Shown here one piece after another: positions 44,648 through 56,000 of a stretch of DNA of 64,000 bases. The position numbers and the translations under genes are program-made. Every line of letters starts with the position of its first letter. The first letter of the stretch is position 1. Source of the DNA: Histomonas meleagridis 2922-C6/04-290x (taxonomy: Eukaryota; Protista; Parabasalia); assembly GCA_020184695.1 (NCBI GenBank), contig JAANOX010000205.1, positions 372,001 to 436,000 of the forward strand. The letters run 5' to 3'. The notes under the pieces are model-generated. The model had not been told where the DNA came from. It made no database searches and saw nothing but the letters and a program-made list of their open reading frames with translations.

Positions 44648-46192
44648 ATGAGCGACGATTCGTCTGACAAAGAAAATGATGCACTTCCGCAATCGAATCG
44701 TGTTAAGGCAGCTATTAAAACGCTTTCTGACATACAGACAGCACTAATTACAAAAGAATCAATAATTAATAATATCATGTTATTAATGCGTCAAGTTCAT
44801 GGAACATTTGACACTTCATTTCTCAGTACCCATCTTATTAACCCTATTCTTAGTTCAAATCAAGCTACAAGATTTAAAGCAATTTCAGCTCTTTCAATTT
44901 TAGTCCAACCTTCCTCACCCATTTTAATAGATTTTGCACCACTTCTACTATTAACACTTGACAGTCCTAATCTTCTTCCTCATACATTAAAATGTTTTTC
45001 CTCTGTAATCAATAACCGCAAATTATTTTGTTTTTTCAAGGACAAAATCATTGAACTTTGTGAAACATCGACCATTTATATCCGTAAGCTTTGTATTCAT
45101 CTCTTATTTTCTGCCTATCTTAATGATGATTCACTTCTTCTTCCATTATTCCGACTTACCACTCAATCGTTATGTGATTTTCCACTCACATCCTTATCAA
45201 TATTATTAGAGATCTCCAATTTACATCCTGAACTAGTAAGTCGTGTCTTTCCATTATTACTTACATTTATGAATTCGGAATGTGATTCAGATCATTACTA
45301 CAAATTATGTCTAATCTTCAAAAATCTCATTCTTTATGACGTTAGCTATTCCAAACCGTTAATTGAGATCATATCCACAAATTCCACATTTTCCGAATCA
45401 CAATATTTTTTGTCCACGATCCAACTGATCTCAACATTTCCAAATTCCGACACATTAGTTCAACAATTTGGCCAGAAACTAGAATTTTTTGCCAAATTTA
45501 CTCAAAATCAAAATCAAGCTTATACCATCATATCGACATACAACACCATCCAAGACAAATACACGCCAACGCCGAACTTCTTTAAGCGACTTTCATTATC
45601 CACTGACCCAACGATCCGTGCAATTTCATATAAACATTTATCAGAGTCACCTGATTTAATCCGACAAATTGTTGGCGAGTTAATTTCACGAGAATCCATA
45701 TCATCATCACCATACTTAGTTGAACTATCATTAGACATTGCCCCTAAGATTGGCTCATGGTTTGTAACCTTATTATTTAATGTTCATGATCTAAAAATGC
45801 AAAGCATATATCCACTTTTGCGTAAAGTTATCAATCACATCGAAGACAAACAAACAAAATTATTATTTATATCCGAAGCTAAATATTATTTACCTGAATT
45901 ACCTGATGATGATTTTGGTATTGCTTTAGCAGAATTAATTGCTGAAGAATCATCGGATTTGAAAGATACATATTCGTTGATATCATTGAACTTGAACTTA
46001 AAATCAGTAAAGTTTCAGGTGGCTATGTTGGACTCAGTGTTTAATATGGTGTTGAAACTTTCCAAAAACAAAAATGAAACATTGCTGTTAAATAGATTCG
46101 AAAGTTTATGCTCGTCAAGTTATAGAGAAGTAAGACAAAGAGCGGCTGAAATGGTGTATTTAATGAACGAAATGGAAAATATGGAAAATTAA
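44648..46192 (+). CDS. Divergent adaptin trunk protein, AP-3 delta-like
   Basis: HEAT-like helical ORF. YIRKLCIHLLF, ILLEISNLHP and FPLLLTFM are collinear with the AP-3 delta N-terminus. Confidence 0.62.
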   Translation: MSDDSSDKENDALPQSNRVKAAIKTLSDIQTALITKESIINNIMLLMRQVHGTFDTSFLSTHLINPILSSNQATRFKAISALSILVQPSSPILIDFAPLLLLTLDSPNLLPHTLKCFSSVINNRKLFCFFKDKIIELCETSTIYIRKLCIHLLFSAYLNDDSLLLPLFRLTTQSLCDFPLTSLSILLEISNLHPELVSRVFPLLLTFMNSECDSDHYYKLCLIFKNLILYDVSYSKPLIEIISTNSTFSESQYFLSTIQLISTFPNSDTLVQQFGQKLEFFAKFTQNQNQAYTIISTYNTIQDKYTPTPNFFKRLSLSTDPTIRAISYKHLSESPDLIRQIVGELISRESISSSPYLVELSLDIAPKIGSWFVTLLFNVHDLKMQSIYPLLRKVINHIEDKQTKLLFISEAKYYLPELPDDDFGIALAELIAEESSDLKDTYSLISLNLNLKSVKFQVAMLDSVFNMVLKLSKNKNETLLLNRFESLCSSSYREVRQRAAEMVYLMNEMENMEN

Positions 46193-46595
46193 AATAAATG
46201 TTTGATTTGAAATAATATTATTTGTGTTTTGATATTTAAAATAAATTTTCAAATTTAATTTATATTATCAAAGTTATGAACTTTTTTTTGTAAAAACGAA
46301 TAAAAGTGATATAGAAAGAAAAAAAAATTGGATGTTGGATTTAATAAAGAAGTTGATTACAAAGGAAAGTATAAATTTTGTGTATTCGATTAAGAAAAAG
46401 CTTTGAAATTTTTATTATTGAAAAGATTTATTAAACAAATTGTTGTGATTTGTTTGTTACGATTGTTTCTACTATTCAAATTTTATTCTATTTCTTATGA
46501 TAAAGAATAATCAATGCTTTTTTTCTCAAGGAAATGAAATATTGTGATGTTGTAAATCTTTTTTTATTTGATATTCAAAGTCCTTTATTTATAAA

Positions 46596-47246
46596 ATGTC
46601 TTCCTCATGGGATATTGTATTAACAGATGAAATGATGGCATTAAGTGAAAATCATTTAAAAAAGGTTAATAGTAGAAAAAGAAGAGTATTTACAAGTGAA
46701 GAAGATAATACATTAGTAGAACTTGTAATGTCACAAAAATATACTACATGGTTTGAAATAGCAGCAAGAATAAGAGGAAAAACTCCTAGACAATGTAAAG
46801 ATCGATGGATTAATTATTTAAATCCAATTAATAAATTTGAGCCTTGGACTGATGAAGAAGAGAACTTATTAATTAAGTTCATTAATGAAATAGGTACAAA
46901 ATGGTCTTTAATATCAAAAATGGTTCCTGGTAGAAGTGAAAACTGCGTAAAAAATAGGTGGCATTCGAGCTTAAAAGCTAGATGTGGAATAGATAATAAT
47001 GGTCATTATTATTTAAAGCCAAATTCTAAAAGCAATATCCATTTATTCCAGAATCAAAATATACCATCTCCTCAAGAATTTATGACTAATTTCATAAACG
47101 AATCAGTAGAAAATGAAAACAAAAAATCAGAAAATAATGATATTGAGTTGAAACAAAAATTCATTAACCCGGTCGTTGATTTGAAAGATGATCCTTTAGA
47201 GTCCGAGTTTTATTCGTATATTGGATGGTTCGACATGTTTTGGTAA
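46596..47246 (+). CDS. R2R3 Myb-like DNA-binding protein
   Basis: FTSEEDNTL...W..IA....GKTPRQCKDRWINYL, then WTDEEE.LL......GTKWS.IS..VPGRSENCVKNRW. Confidence 0.95.
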   Translation: MSSSWDIVLTDEMMALSENHLKKVNSRKRRVFTSEEDNTLVELVMSQKYTTWFEIAARIRGKTPRQCKDRWINYLNPINKFEPWTDEEENLLIKFINEIGTKWSLISKMVPGRSENCVKNRWHSSLKARCGIDNNGHYYLKPNSKSNIHLFQNQNIPSPQEFMTNFINESVENENKKSENNDIELKQKFINPVVDLKDDPLESEFYSYIGWFDMFW

Positions 47247-47298
47247 ACATTACTTACCATGGATTTTTAAGTAAAATTTTTTTAACGTACTTTTTGGT

Positions 47299-48909
47299 AT
47301 GACCTCAAAATTAACGGCTCCTCCAACCAAACCTCTGATGTCTAATGAGCTAGGAAAAGCTTCAAAAGATCTTCAAGATATATATGACATCGATAAAAAA
47401 ATAGAGGACATGCTTGAAAATGATAGTAAAAATAGATTTGGTCGTGTATCTATGAACAATGAAAATAAAATACCAAATGAATATATATTTAATATAAATG
47501 ATATTAAAGAACGAGATGAAAAAAGCAGCTCGGAAGGGGTTGAAATTACTGAATCAGATAACTATTCTGAAGTTGAAGAATCAAACACAGAAGATGAATA
47601 TCTTCAACGATTCCTTATTCTTGACCAAAATCTTAAGAATCTTATTCAGCAAACACAGGTCACAATTGACGATTCTACATTTGAAGAATTTAAACCATTT
47701 GCAAACGATATTTTTTCATTATTTGAAGAGATGCGTAACAAAGGGATACTTTCACAGTTTTACCATTTTCCTTTTGGGTCCAACATTAACACATATTCAG
47801 TTATTTTCAGTAATCCCATTAGTACTGATCTTGAATTCATTATAAATTGCAAAATGCTTTCATCACATCTATATCGGAAGCAACGTAAATTCAATGAATA
47901 TGCGCAAGAACTTTATCAAATAATTGAACTAACATATTTAAATCTTCAAGATCTTTCGTTACAGTTACTCAACCAAGTATATTCATTGTTAATTATATTC
48001 CAATCAGTAATTCGTACCAAGTCCACTGGTGTTTTTTCGAAAAACAATTATGTTCCACCAAGTAAGATCGAACTTATAAAACATGCAATTCGAATAGCTA
48101 TCATATTAAAATCAGAAAAATTCCAAGTTGTTAAACCACCACATGTTGTCTCCAACAATTATTTTGAACTTTTAGCACAACATCTTTCACTTTCACAATT
48201 ACATTTTATTGACTATCGTCCTGATGGAACAATTGACACAACAGAATCGGACTTACCTCGACGTACAATAGATGACATTGGAAAACAATTTTGTGATGCT
48301 GCAAACGACAAAGAATATTTTTACTTCAACGAAATAATGATTCAAATTTTGAATATGATTTCAAATTTGAAAGGCAAAAACGATTTCTATAGTTTACTTG
48401 CATTTTCACTTTTTCGATATCGAGTAATGTTACCAATTTGGTTTTATAAAAACTATATGGAAATTAATTCATTTAGTTGTATTCAGTTTTTATTAAATGG
48501 TGGTCATATAGGGAAGATTATAACTAAAGAATTATTTATTCCCGAATATAAAACAGAAGAATTTAGTATTTATAAAATGAGAAATATGCAAAAAAATCAA
48601 CACACATTAAACCTTCTTTGGTTTATCGAAGGAGATCAATCGAAAGAGTTTGAAACAAAAGTAATAACATTAGATAATGATAAAAAAGATAAATTCGAAG
48701 TTAATATTTCGTCGCCTTCTGTTTTTTGTTGTATTGAAGGAAGTCTTGAAGCCAAATTTAAAGAGTATGAAATAGAATTAGTTCCAGACGATGATGTGTT
48801 TGTTGTCCTTAAATATAATTTTAGAACTGATACTAAAGAAACCAGATATCATAATGCAAATTATTTTGTAACATTGGGTACTCAATTATTAATTAGTTCT
48901 TCCGAATAA
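47299..48909 (+). CDS. Hypothetical protein (536 aa)
   Basis: Long uninterrupted ATG-started ORF. No family recognised. Confidence 0.75.
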   Translation: MTSKLTAPPTKPLMSNELGKASKDLQDIYDIDKKIEDMLENDSKNRFGRVSMNNENKIPNEYIFNINDIKERDEKSSSEGVEITESDNYSEVEESNTEDEYLQRFLILDQNLKNLIQQTQVTIDDSTFEEFKPFANDIFSLFEEMRNKGILSQFYHFPFGSNINTYSVIFSNPISTDLEFIINCKMLSSHLYRKQRKFNEYAQELYQIIELTYLNLQDLSLQLLNQVYSLLIIFQSVIRTKSTGVFSKNNYVPPSKIELIKHAIRIAIILKSEKFQVVKPPHVVSNNYFELLAQHLSLSQLHFIDYRPDGTIDTTESDLPRRTIDDIGKQFCDAANDKEYFYFNEIMIQILNMISNLKGKNDFYSLLAFSLFRYRVMLPIWFYKNYMEINSFSCIQFLLNGGHIGKIITKELFIPEYKTEEFSIYKMRNMQKNQHTLNLLWFIEGDQSKEFETKVITLDNDKKDKFEVNISSPSVFCCIEGSLEAKFKEYEIELVPDDDVFVVLKYNFRTDTKETRYHNANYFVTLGTQLLISSSE

Positions 48910-49109
48910 ATAAATATTTAAAAAAAATATATATATATAAAATGTATTTTATTAATATTTTTATCTATGTGTAATATGATTATCTTCTTGCAAAAGGATC
49001 TTCTTCAATGATAAATAAAAATTACCATCAAAAACATTTTTCTCTTATTTTATGGTAAAATCTTATATTAAAAATGCATAATTATTTATTATTATTTGGA
49101 AAGTTTTCT

Positions 49110-51449
49110 CTAGATTTTTGTCAATGAAAAAATATTTGGCGCTTCTAGATTGAAATTATATCTCTTTTTGTTCTTCTTTATGTTTTTCCACTTTCCGATA
49201 AAACGGAATTTCATATTCCCATTACCTCTCCAATCAACTAAAACATTTCTTTTAATAAATCTTTTAATGTTTGATGTAAAAGTAAGAGTATCAAATCCAT
49301 AACTACAAAAGATAACTAACTTAAGTTCGTTTGAACCCATTTCTCTCGTTATTTTTATATCATTATTTTTATCAGATTTTCCATATCTTTTTCTAGAAAG
49401 AGTAACAATTTCATTCTCACTAATATTAATTGATTTAATTTGTAATGCATATTCTATTCTAATTTCCATTTTTTCAAAATTTCCAAGATTGTTTTTACAA
49501 TTTTCTAATGAATTAATGTTTGCTTCTAGTGAATGTCCTGTTATTTTAATTCTTCCTTTTATATTACAATTAATTAATACTATATCATAAAAACTAATTT
49601 CTTTTAAAGTACTTTGAAGAATTTCAATGTTTTTAAGAAAAATAAATGTTTTATGATGCACATAAAAATTTCCTCTAAAAAATTTTGGAGTATAAAAAAT
49701 TATTTGTGATTTTCTTTTTTCATTTCCATATATTTTTACATTCTTTTCAGACATTTCATCTATTGGAAAATAAACTGGCGTTGAAGTTTTAATATGAAAA
49801 GTAATATTTTCACCTTTATGCTTGTTTAATAAATCTCTAATTTGGTAATAGCTATTTGAAATGGTGTCAAAACCATTTCCATTATCTTGAATTGTAAAAG
49901 TATTAGGTAAATTGAATTTTTCTACATCTCGATCTGTACGTTTATGTTCTTTTGAATATGATTCATAATCATTATTATAATTGTTTGGATAATTATCAAT
50001 ACCACAAACAATTTTTGGATCTGGACATATTATTGAACCTTTATAACCTTCAAAATATAATTCCATTCCTTTCTTCATGCATACTTTTTCAATTCCATCA
50101 ACAATTATTGAAAATCTATAATTTTTATCACATTTTGCTTGATAACACATTCCTCCATAATATTTTCCTTCTCCTATTTTAGTTAACGAAGAATTTACGC
50201 ACCTTGCACCAGGTCCAAAATAAATTCCTCCGTAATAATTTCCGTTCTCATAATGTCTTTTATTTTGACACGATTTTACCATAAAACCAATATGAGTATA
50301 ATCAAATTCCTTTCTTCCCTTCAATCCTGTTTTGTTAGGATCATAAAAGTTATAGAAAGAAGAATCTTTATCATATTTTGAATATGTAGGAAGCATACCT
50401 ATTGTTAAACCTTTATGATCAAATGTGCAAGCATAATTGGTCCAATTTAGTGGTATCAAATAATGTTTTGGATATACTAGAGAAGGAGGGCCAAGAGGAA
50501 AGTCTTTGAAAATTTTACTTCCTGGTATTGATCTATAATCACCAAATTCAAGAGGCTCAGCAATACTTTTATCAACTTTGTAATAACCCATATCTTCAAT
50601 TAAATTTAAGGTAACATTGGAAATTTTACTAGGTCCATAATATACTGGCGCCATAATTTCTGTGTAATATACTCTGCTACTAATATGTGCAGGACTTACT
50701 TTATCTTCTAATTCAAGTCCAACTTCACAATCATCCGAAAAGCGTTCAACACCAAATCTATGCTTCAGGTATTTTACACTCTTAGGTGTTATTAATAATT
50801 TATGTACCTTACCAGAGTCATATTTTGATATGCATTCCTTAATATTTTTTCCATATTTTTCTCCCGTTTCTGGGTTAATCCAATTATCAAATTCTCCATT
50901 TAATCCAAGAACATGACACACTTCATGAAATAAAATTTCAAAAAAATTCCTTTCAAATGAATGAAAATCTTGAGGTTCTTCTCCAATTATAGCTGGATCG
51001 ATACCAATCACACCTAAAATAGGGCGACTTGTTTCTATATCTCTGCTGATTACTTGTCCTTGTCCCAATGCACTTAAAGGCTTTACAAATAAGTATATAT
51101 ATAAATCGATATTATGTGATTCTACTAATGTATTTCTATATCTAAATTTATATTGTTCACTTGGGATAACTTTGATTATTCTATTTAAAAATCTCTCCAT
51201 ATTATTTAATGTTTGTTTTAAAGCATATATTCTTCTATTATTAAAAATTAATGATTTATTTTGCACAAATACACCTTTTTCAAGAACAAAACCATTATTT
51301 ACATTGTATCCAAAATATTCTCTTTCTCCTGCTTTATATCCCAGTGTATAATTTAGATCAAAGAATACTCTAATATTCTTCCATTGTTTATCATCAAAAT
51401 ACTTTTGAACAAAACTCTGTATTGATAAAATTAGCATGATTGATATCAT
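49110..51449 (-). CDS. GP63/leishmanolysin-like (M8) zinc metalloprotease
   Basis: HEVCHVLG (HExxH), third ligand in PAHISSRVYYTEIM (Met-turn), IEDMGYY and Cys-rich CYQAKC/VCMKKG/ICPDPKIVC. Likely start MISIMLIL at 51449. Confidence 0.9.
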   Translation of the reverse strand: MISIMLILSIQSFVQKYFDDKQWKNIRVFFDLNYTLGYKAGEREYFGYNVNNGFVLEKGVFVQNKSLIFNNRRIYALKQTLNNMERFLNRIIKVIPSEQYKFRYRNTLVESHNIDLYIYLFVKPLSALGQGQVISRDIETSRPILGVIGIDPAIIGEEPQDFHSFERNFFEILFHEVCHVLGLNGEFDNWINPETGEKYGKNIKECISKYDSGKVHKLLITPKSVKYLKHRFGVERFSDDCEVGLELEDKVSPAHISSRVYYTEIMAPVYYGPSKISNVTLNLIEDMGYYKVDKSIAEPLEFGDYRSIPGSKIFKDFPLGPPSLVYPKHYLIPLNWTNYACTFDHKGLTIGMLPTYSKYDKDSSFYNFYDPNKTGLKGRKEFDYTHIGFMVKSCQNKRHYENGNYYGGIYFGPGARCVNSSLTKIGEGKYYGGMCYQAKCDKNYRFSIIVDGIEKVCMKKGMELYFEGYKGSIICPDPKIVCGIDNYPNNYNNDYESYSKEHKRTDRDVEKFNLPNTFTIQDNGNGFDTISNSYYQIRDLLNKHKGENITFHIKTSTPVYFPIDEMSEKNVKIYGNEKRKSQIIFYTPKFFRGNFYVHHKTFIFLKNIEILQSTLKEISFYDIVLINCNIKGRIKITGHSLEANINSLENCKNNLGNFEKMEIRIEYALQIKSINISENEIVTLSRKRYGKSDKNNDIKITREMGSNELKLVIFCSYGFDTLTFTSNIKRFIKRNVLVDWRGNGNMKFRFIGKWKNIKKNKKRYNFNLEAPNIFSLTKI

Positions 51450-51849
51450 TATAATTTTTAGGATAAAATATGAAAAATTTAATGTGAAATGAAAACATTC
51501 AACAAGAACCCACCTTTCGTTAATTGAGAAAGTCGTTTTAAAGAATTTCTTTTTTAACGAAAACATTGAGTCTATAAACATTTTTCTTATTAAGAATTTC
51601 TTTTAGTAACTGAAATCTTAAGGGTTCTGTATTTTCAAATTTGTATAGGATTGTATACATAACTTAATATCTTAACTGTTAAATTAAAGATTTTCTCAAA
51701 GTTCTAATTTCAACAAATAGTATACAGTCTATTAATGTTTAACTAAAATAAAAACGAAATAATAACAACTTTTGTTGTAAAAAATTTAAAAATTATATTA
51801 CAAAACAGTTTAATTAAACCAGAAAGTCACAAATGTTTATTAAAATTCT

Positions 51850-52743
51850 TTAATCGCTCTGTCTAGTATAATAAGGGTTTTCATTAAACATTAAATCATG
51901 TTTCTTAAACAGATAAACAGATATCTGCCCAAGAAGCGAAGGCACAAAATCAAACAAGAAATAATAAAAGAATGATATTATCCTTGCGTTTGTATTTGGA
52001 ATTGTTTCACTTTTCTCAAGTTCATTGGACACATATTCTTGGAGTGGATTAATGCTAAAGTAATGTGTCACGTTGTAAACCATTCGAATTAAGAATATTA
52101 CAACAAATGAGATAATTCCAACTTTGCAAAAATTAACGCAACAAACATCTTCAGGTTGAACCATTGGATATGTAACGGCTTCTAGAAGTGAAAAAGCTGG
52201 AAGCATGAAAAAAATTGCAATTATCAAATCTGTGCATGCACCCCATAATGATAATGACATGTCTGGATCAGATGAATCATGGAGATCGAAAAAGCTTAAA
52301 AAGATTCCTAAAGCAACAAACGTGAAAAGAAATAATAAGAATATATATCTGAAAAATTTAATGGCATTTGTTCCTGGGCTTCGATATGCAAATAATAAAT
52401 CAAAAAGAATAAGTATAACTAAGCACATTGGAGTGAATAATAGAATATGATCTAAAGCAACATAAAAAATTTTGAAAGTTGTTGGCGTCCAATGAAAAGG
52501 AACAAGAAATGTTGTCCCTCGATATAATTGGAAGGTGGCTAGAAATATCCAAAATACTGAAGTTTGATCAATTATTGAAGACTTTGGCTTTGAATTTCTG
52601 ATATTCTTAATCAATAAGACAATACTGATGAAAGCTTCAAGATAAAATAAAACGCTTAATAAGATACTCTCGTAAATTTCACACCCAATACCAGGCATCG
52701 CAAACTTACATACAAAGTTTTTGTCCCAATTCTCAACATTCAT
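51850..52743 (-). CDS. Multi-pass membrane protein, about 7 TM helices (GPR137/TOM1-like topology)
   Basis: 297 aa with about seven hydrophobic stretches by eye. The family assignment is tentative. Confidence 0.6.
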   Translation of the reverse strand: MNVENWDKNFVCKFAMPGIGCEIYESILLSVLFYLEAFISIVLLIKNIRNSKPKSSIIDQTSVFWIFLATFQLYRGTTFLVPFHWTPTTFKIFYVALDHILLFTPMCLVILILFDLLFAYRSPGTNAIKFFRYIFLLFLFTFVALGIFLSFFDLHDSSDPDMSLSLWGACTDLIIAIFFMLPAFSLLEAVTYPMVQPEDVCCVNFCKVGIISFVVIFLIRMVYNVTHYFSINPLQEYVSNELEKSETIPNTNARIISFFYYFLFDFVPSLLGQISVYLFKKHDLMFNENPYYTRQSD

Positions 52744-52765
52744 TTTTGATGAATACTGTATTGTT

Positions 52766-52772
52766 TAACCGT
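52766..52772 (-). promoter_or_regulatory. M3-like (ACGGTTA) core promoter element
   Basis: Lies ~23 nt upstream of the minus-strand ATG at 52743. Confidence 0.45.
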
Positions 52773-53084
52773 TAATTATCTATCGTTTTCCAAAAAAACG
52801 AATAAAAACAACGTTCATCGAAGTTTTATTCTTTTTAAAGCAGAACACTTAGTAAATACTTTTTGCAAAATTTTTATACCTTCAAGATTTATTGTCGTAT
52901 TTATCAAATTTGATACAATTAATTTCGACTGAAATGTAAAATTGATACACAATCAGGTAAGGTAATACGAAAGGCAACAATCTAACATAATTTAAGAATA
53001 TAATTTGTATTTAAGTCATCTTTTTTCTAATTTATTTTTTCATAAATAATACAAAATATTATTTTGGCACTTTTCCAGCACAAA

Positions 53085-56000
53085 ATGTCTCAGCACACAT
53101 TTGTCGAAGCAAATGTTCATGCCATGGCTGAAATTTGTCTAAACTCAGATCTTGATCATCTTGAGCAATATGTCAACAACAATTTTGGACAAGGTTTTGG
53201 TCTTGATTTTTGTCTTGATGATCAAAAGCAAACACTTCTTCATATTCTAGCTGGAAATCTTCAATTTGAGTATTGGGACACAATACTTAAGTGCTTTGTT
53301 TATGTAAATTCACCAGATGCAAATCAACATACACCACTTCATATTGCTGTTTCCAAACGAAACATCAAAGCCATTCGTGCTCTTGTAGCAGCTGGTGCTT
53401 CTATGTCCAATGAAGATGAACATGGTGTTAATCCTTTTCAACTTGCATGCAAAAGTGATTTTAAAGATGGTCTTGAAGTCTTTCTTAGCACACCCACTGG
53501 TATGCGTTATCTGAAATCCAATTTTACCACCAATGCTTGCTTATGTATTGACAATAATTCCATCGAATGTTTCAAAACAATCATTCGAAGTGTTCCTGAA
53601 GCCAAACTCAACGAGCTTAATGAAGATGGCAATGCCCTTATTCATTATGCTGCCCAAAGTAAATCCAAGAAGTTTCTTCGGGCCTTATTAGATCTTAAAG
53701 TTGACATAAATCTTCCCAACAAGTCCGGCTCTACGCCAATCGAATGTGCCACCAAAGAAAAGTCCGCAGTTCTATTGTATATTAAAGGCGCCAACATTCC
53801 AAAAGTGCAAAACAACAAAAAACTTCCACCGATCATCGAAAACATCACGAAAGAAAGTAATTGGCAGTCCACAGGCGAATGTTTTACTCCATGTGAGTTA
53901 CATAAGTTAGCCATGGAAGGTAATGCGCAAGGTATTTTATCACTTAATTCCAAGAAAGTCGATATCATTGATTGTTTTTCATATTCGCCATTAATGTATG
54001 CAGTCGAATACTTTAAAGATCCGACTGCAATTTCTACATTACTTAAACAAGGCGCAGATCCCAATTTCCCATCTACTAAATCCAAATCCAATTTAACAAA
54101 TGCATATCATTTAGCGGCGTTAAAAGGTAATGCAGTAGCAATTCTTGAATTTAAGAAGAAGTTTGCACCAAATTTCTCATACTTAGATAAGAAAGGACGA
54201 AATTTAATATTATGTTCAATATTATCCAAAGATATCACAACTGTTAATGAGATAGTATCAGTAGCACCAAATATTGATGGACCTTTTGATCAAATAATTA
54301 AAGCATTATTATCGATAGAAAATGATTCGACATTAGCAGAAGTAACAAAAATATTAATATCGAAAGGTTTACCAGCTAAATCTGTTGATGAACATGAAAA
54401 GTCATTAATAATGTATGGAATTGAAACGGGGAAATCGAAATTTGTTGAAGTTTTATTAAATAATGGCGCGTTAACAGAACTTGAAGCAGATGATGCAATC
54501 ATTACAGCTGTTAAGAATGATTATACAGATATAGTTATATCATTATTAAGTTCTACTAATCCATTACAATTAAATGTAAATCCATTAATAATGCATCAAG
54601 CATTACCATTAATATTTTATACAATTAATAATAAGTCAACAGATATATTAAAAGTATTATTTACATCAAATCAAGCAATTAAAACACAAGTAGATACTAA
54701 AGGTAATACATTTTTACATCGAGCTGCTTATTTAGGTAATTTAGAATGTATTAAATATGCAATCGAAGTGATGAAAATTGATGTTAACATTACTAATAAT
54801 CAAGGACAAACACCATTACATAAGTTAATGCATGATTTGTCAAACAACTTTGAGAACAATTATAAATATTTAGTTGAAAAAGGTGCAAATATTAAACAAC
54901 TCGACAATTCAGGTAATAATATATTACATTTCGCCGCCGAAAATAATAACAAAGATGCGTTAAGTATATTATTAGGATTAGAAAATGTTAATGAGCCAAT
55001 TCTAAATGAAAATGATATCAATGAAATGATACAACAACAAAATAATGATGAAAGAATACCATTAGAAGTTGCATCGAAACATTTATCTGATTTAAAGAGT
55101 GCTTTTGCAATGAACAAGAAATGGCAACTTAAAATATTCGATGGTCCTATTACTGATGAAACATTTCAAGAGTTTGCACAAAAGAACTTATCGCCGAATG
55201 TTAAAAACATGAAAGGAACACCATTAATTACATATGTAATGGACAATTGTGAAAATAAGGATTCTATTGTAGGCTATGTCCAAAACTTATTATTATTCGG
55301 CGCTGATCCTTCTAGTCAAGATACAGAAGAATTAACACCATTACATCATGCTATAGCATTAAAGAACAATGAGTTAGCGAAGATATTAATCGATGAAGGT
55401 TCATCATTCATCATCGGACCTATCATACGTGTATATGCTGAAGAGAATGGAACGCCTGAAATGCTCGACTTGATAAAGCAACCAGAAAAAAGAGCATCAG
55501 CAGTCGATGAATTTTTACAGACGCAAATTAATGCCGTGGATACAATGGCTGCGATATTGAAGTTTAAGAATCGATTTAATCGGCCGAACGAAGATTTAAC
55601 AATTCGCTTTTATATGGATGAAGTCTCGAAAATGCATCGATTGTTATCATTGTTTGTAGATCGACTTCGAAAGATATCACATAATATGAAACCATCTGCA
55701 GAGTTTGGTAACTTCTTTATGTATTTTGTAGATGCATTTATCCCATTATTAAATATACCGACTGTATATCATACGGCGTTAAGCGAAATACAACAAATTC
55801 CAGAGCTAGCGCAAATATTAACTGAAAGCGTCGGATTTAATAACTATAACTTGGCCGACACTTTGATTGTACCTGTGCAACAATTCACGAGATATCATGA
55901 ATTAATTAGAGCGATAATTAAGGCTACACCTCCCGATCATCCAGATATAGCACAATTACAACGAGCGCATCTAAAATATAATAACTTAGGAAGAGCTTCA

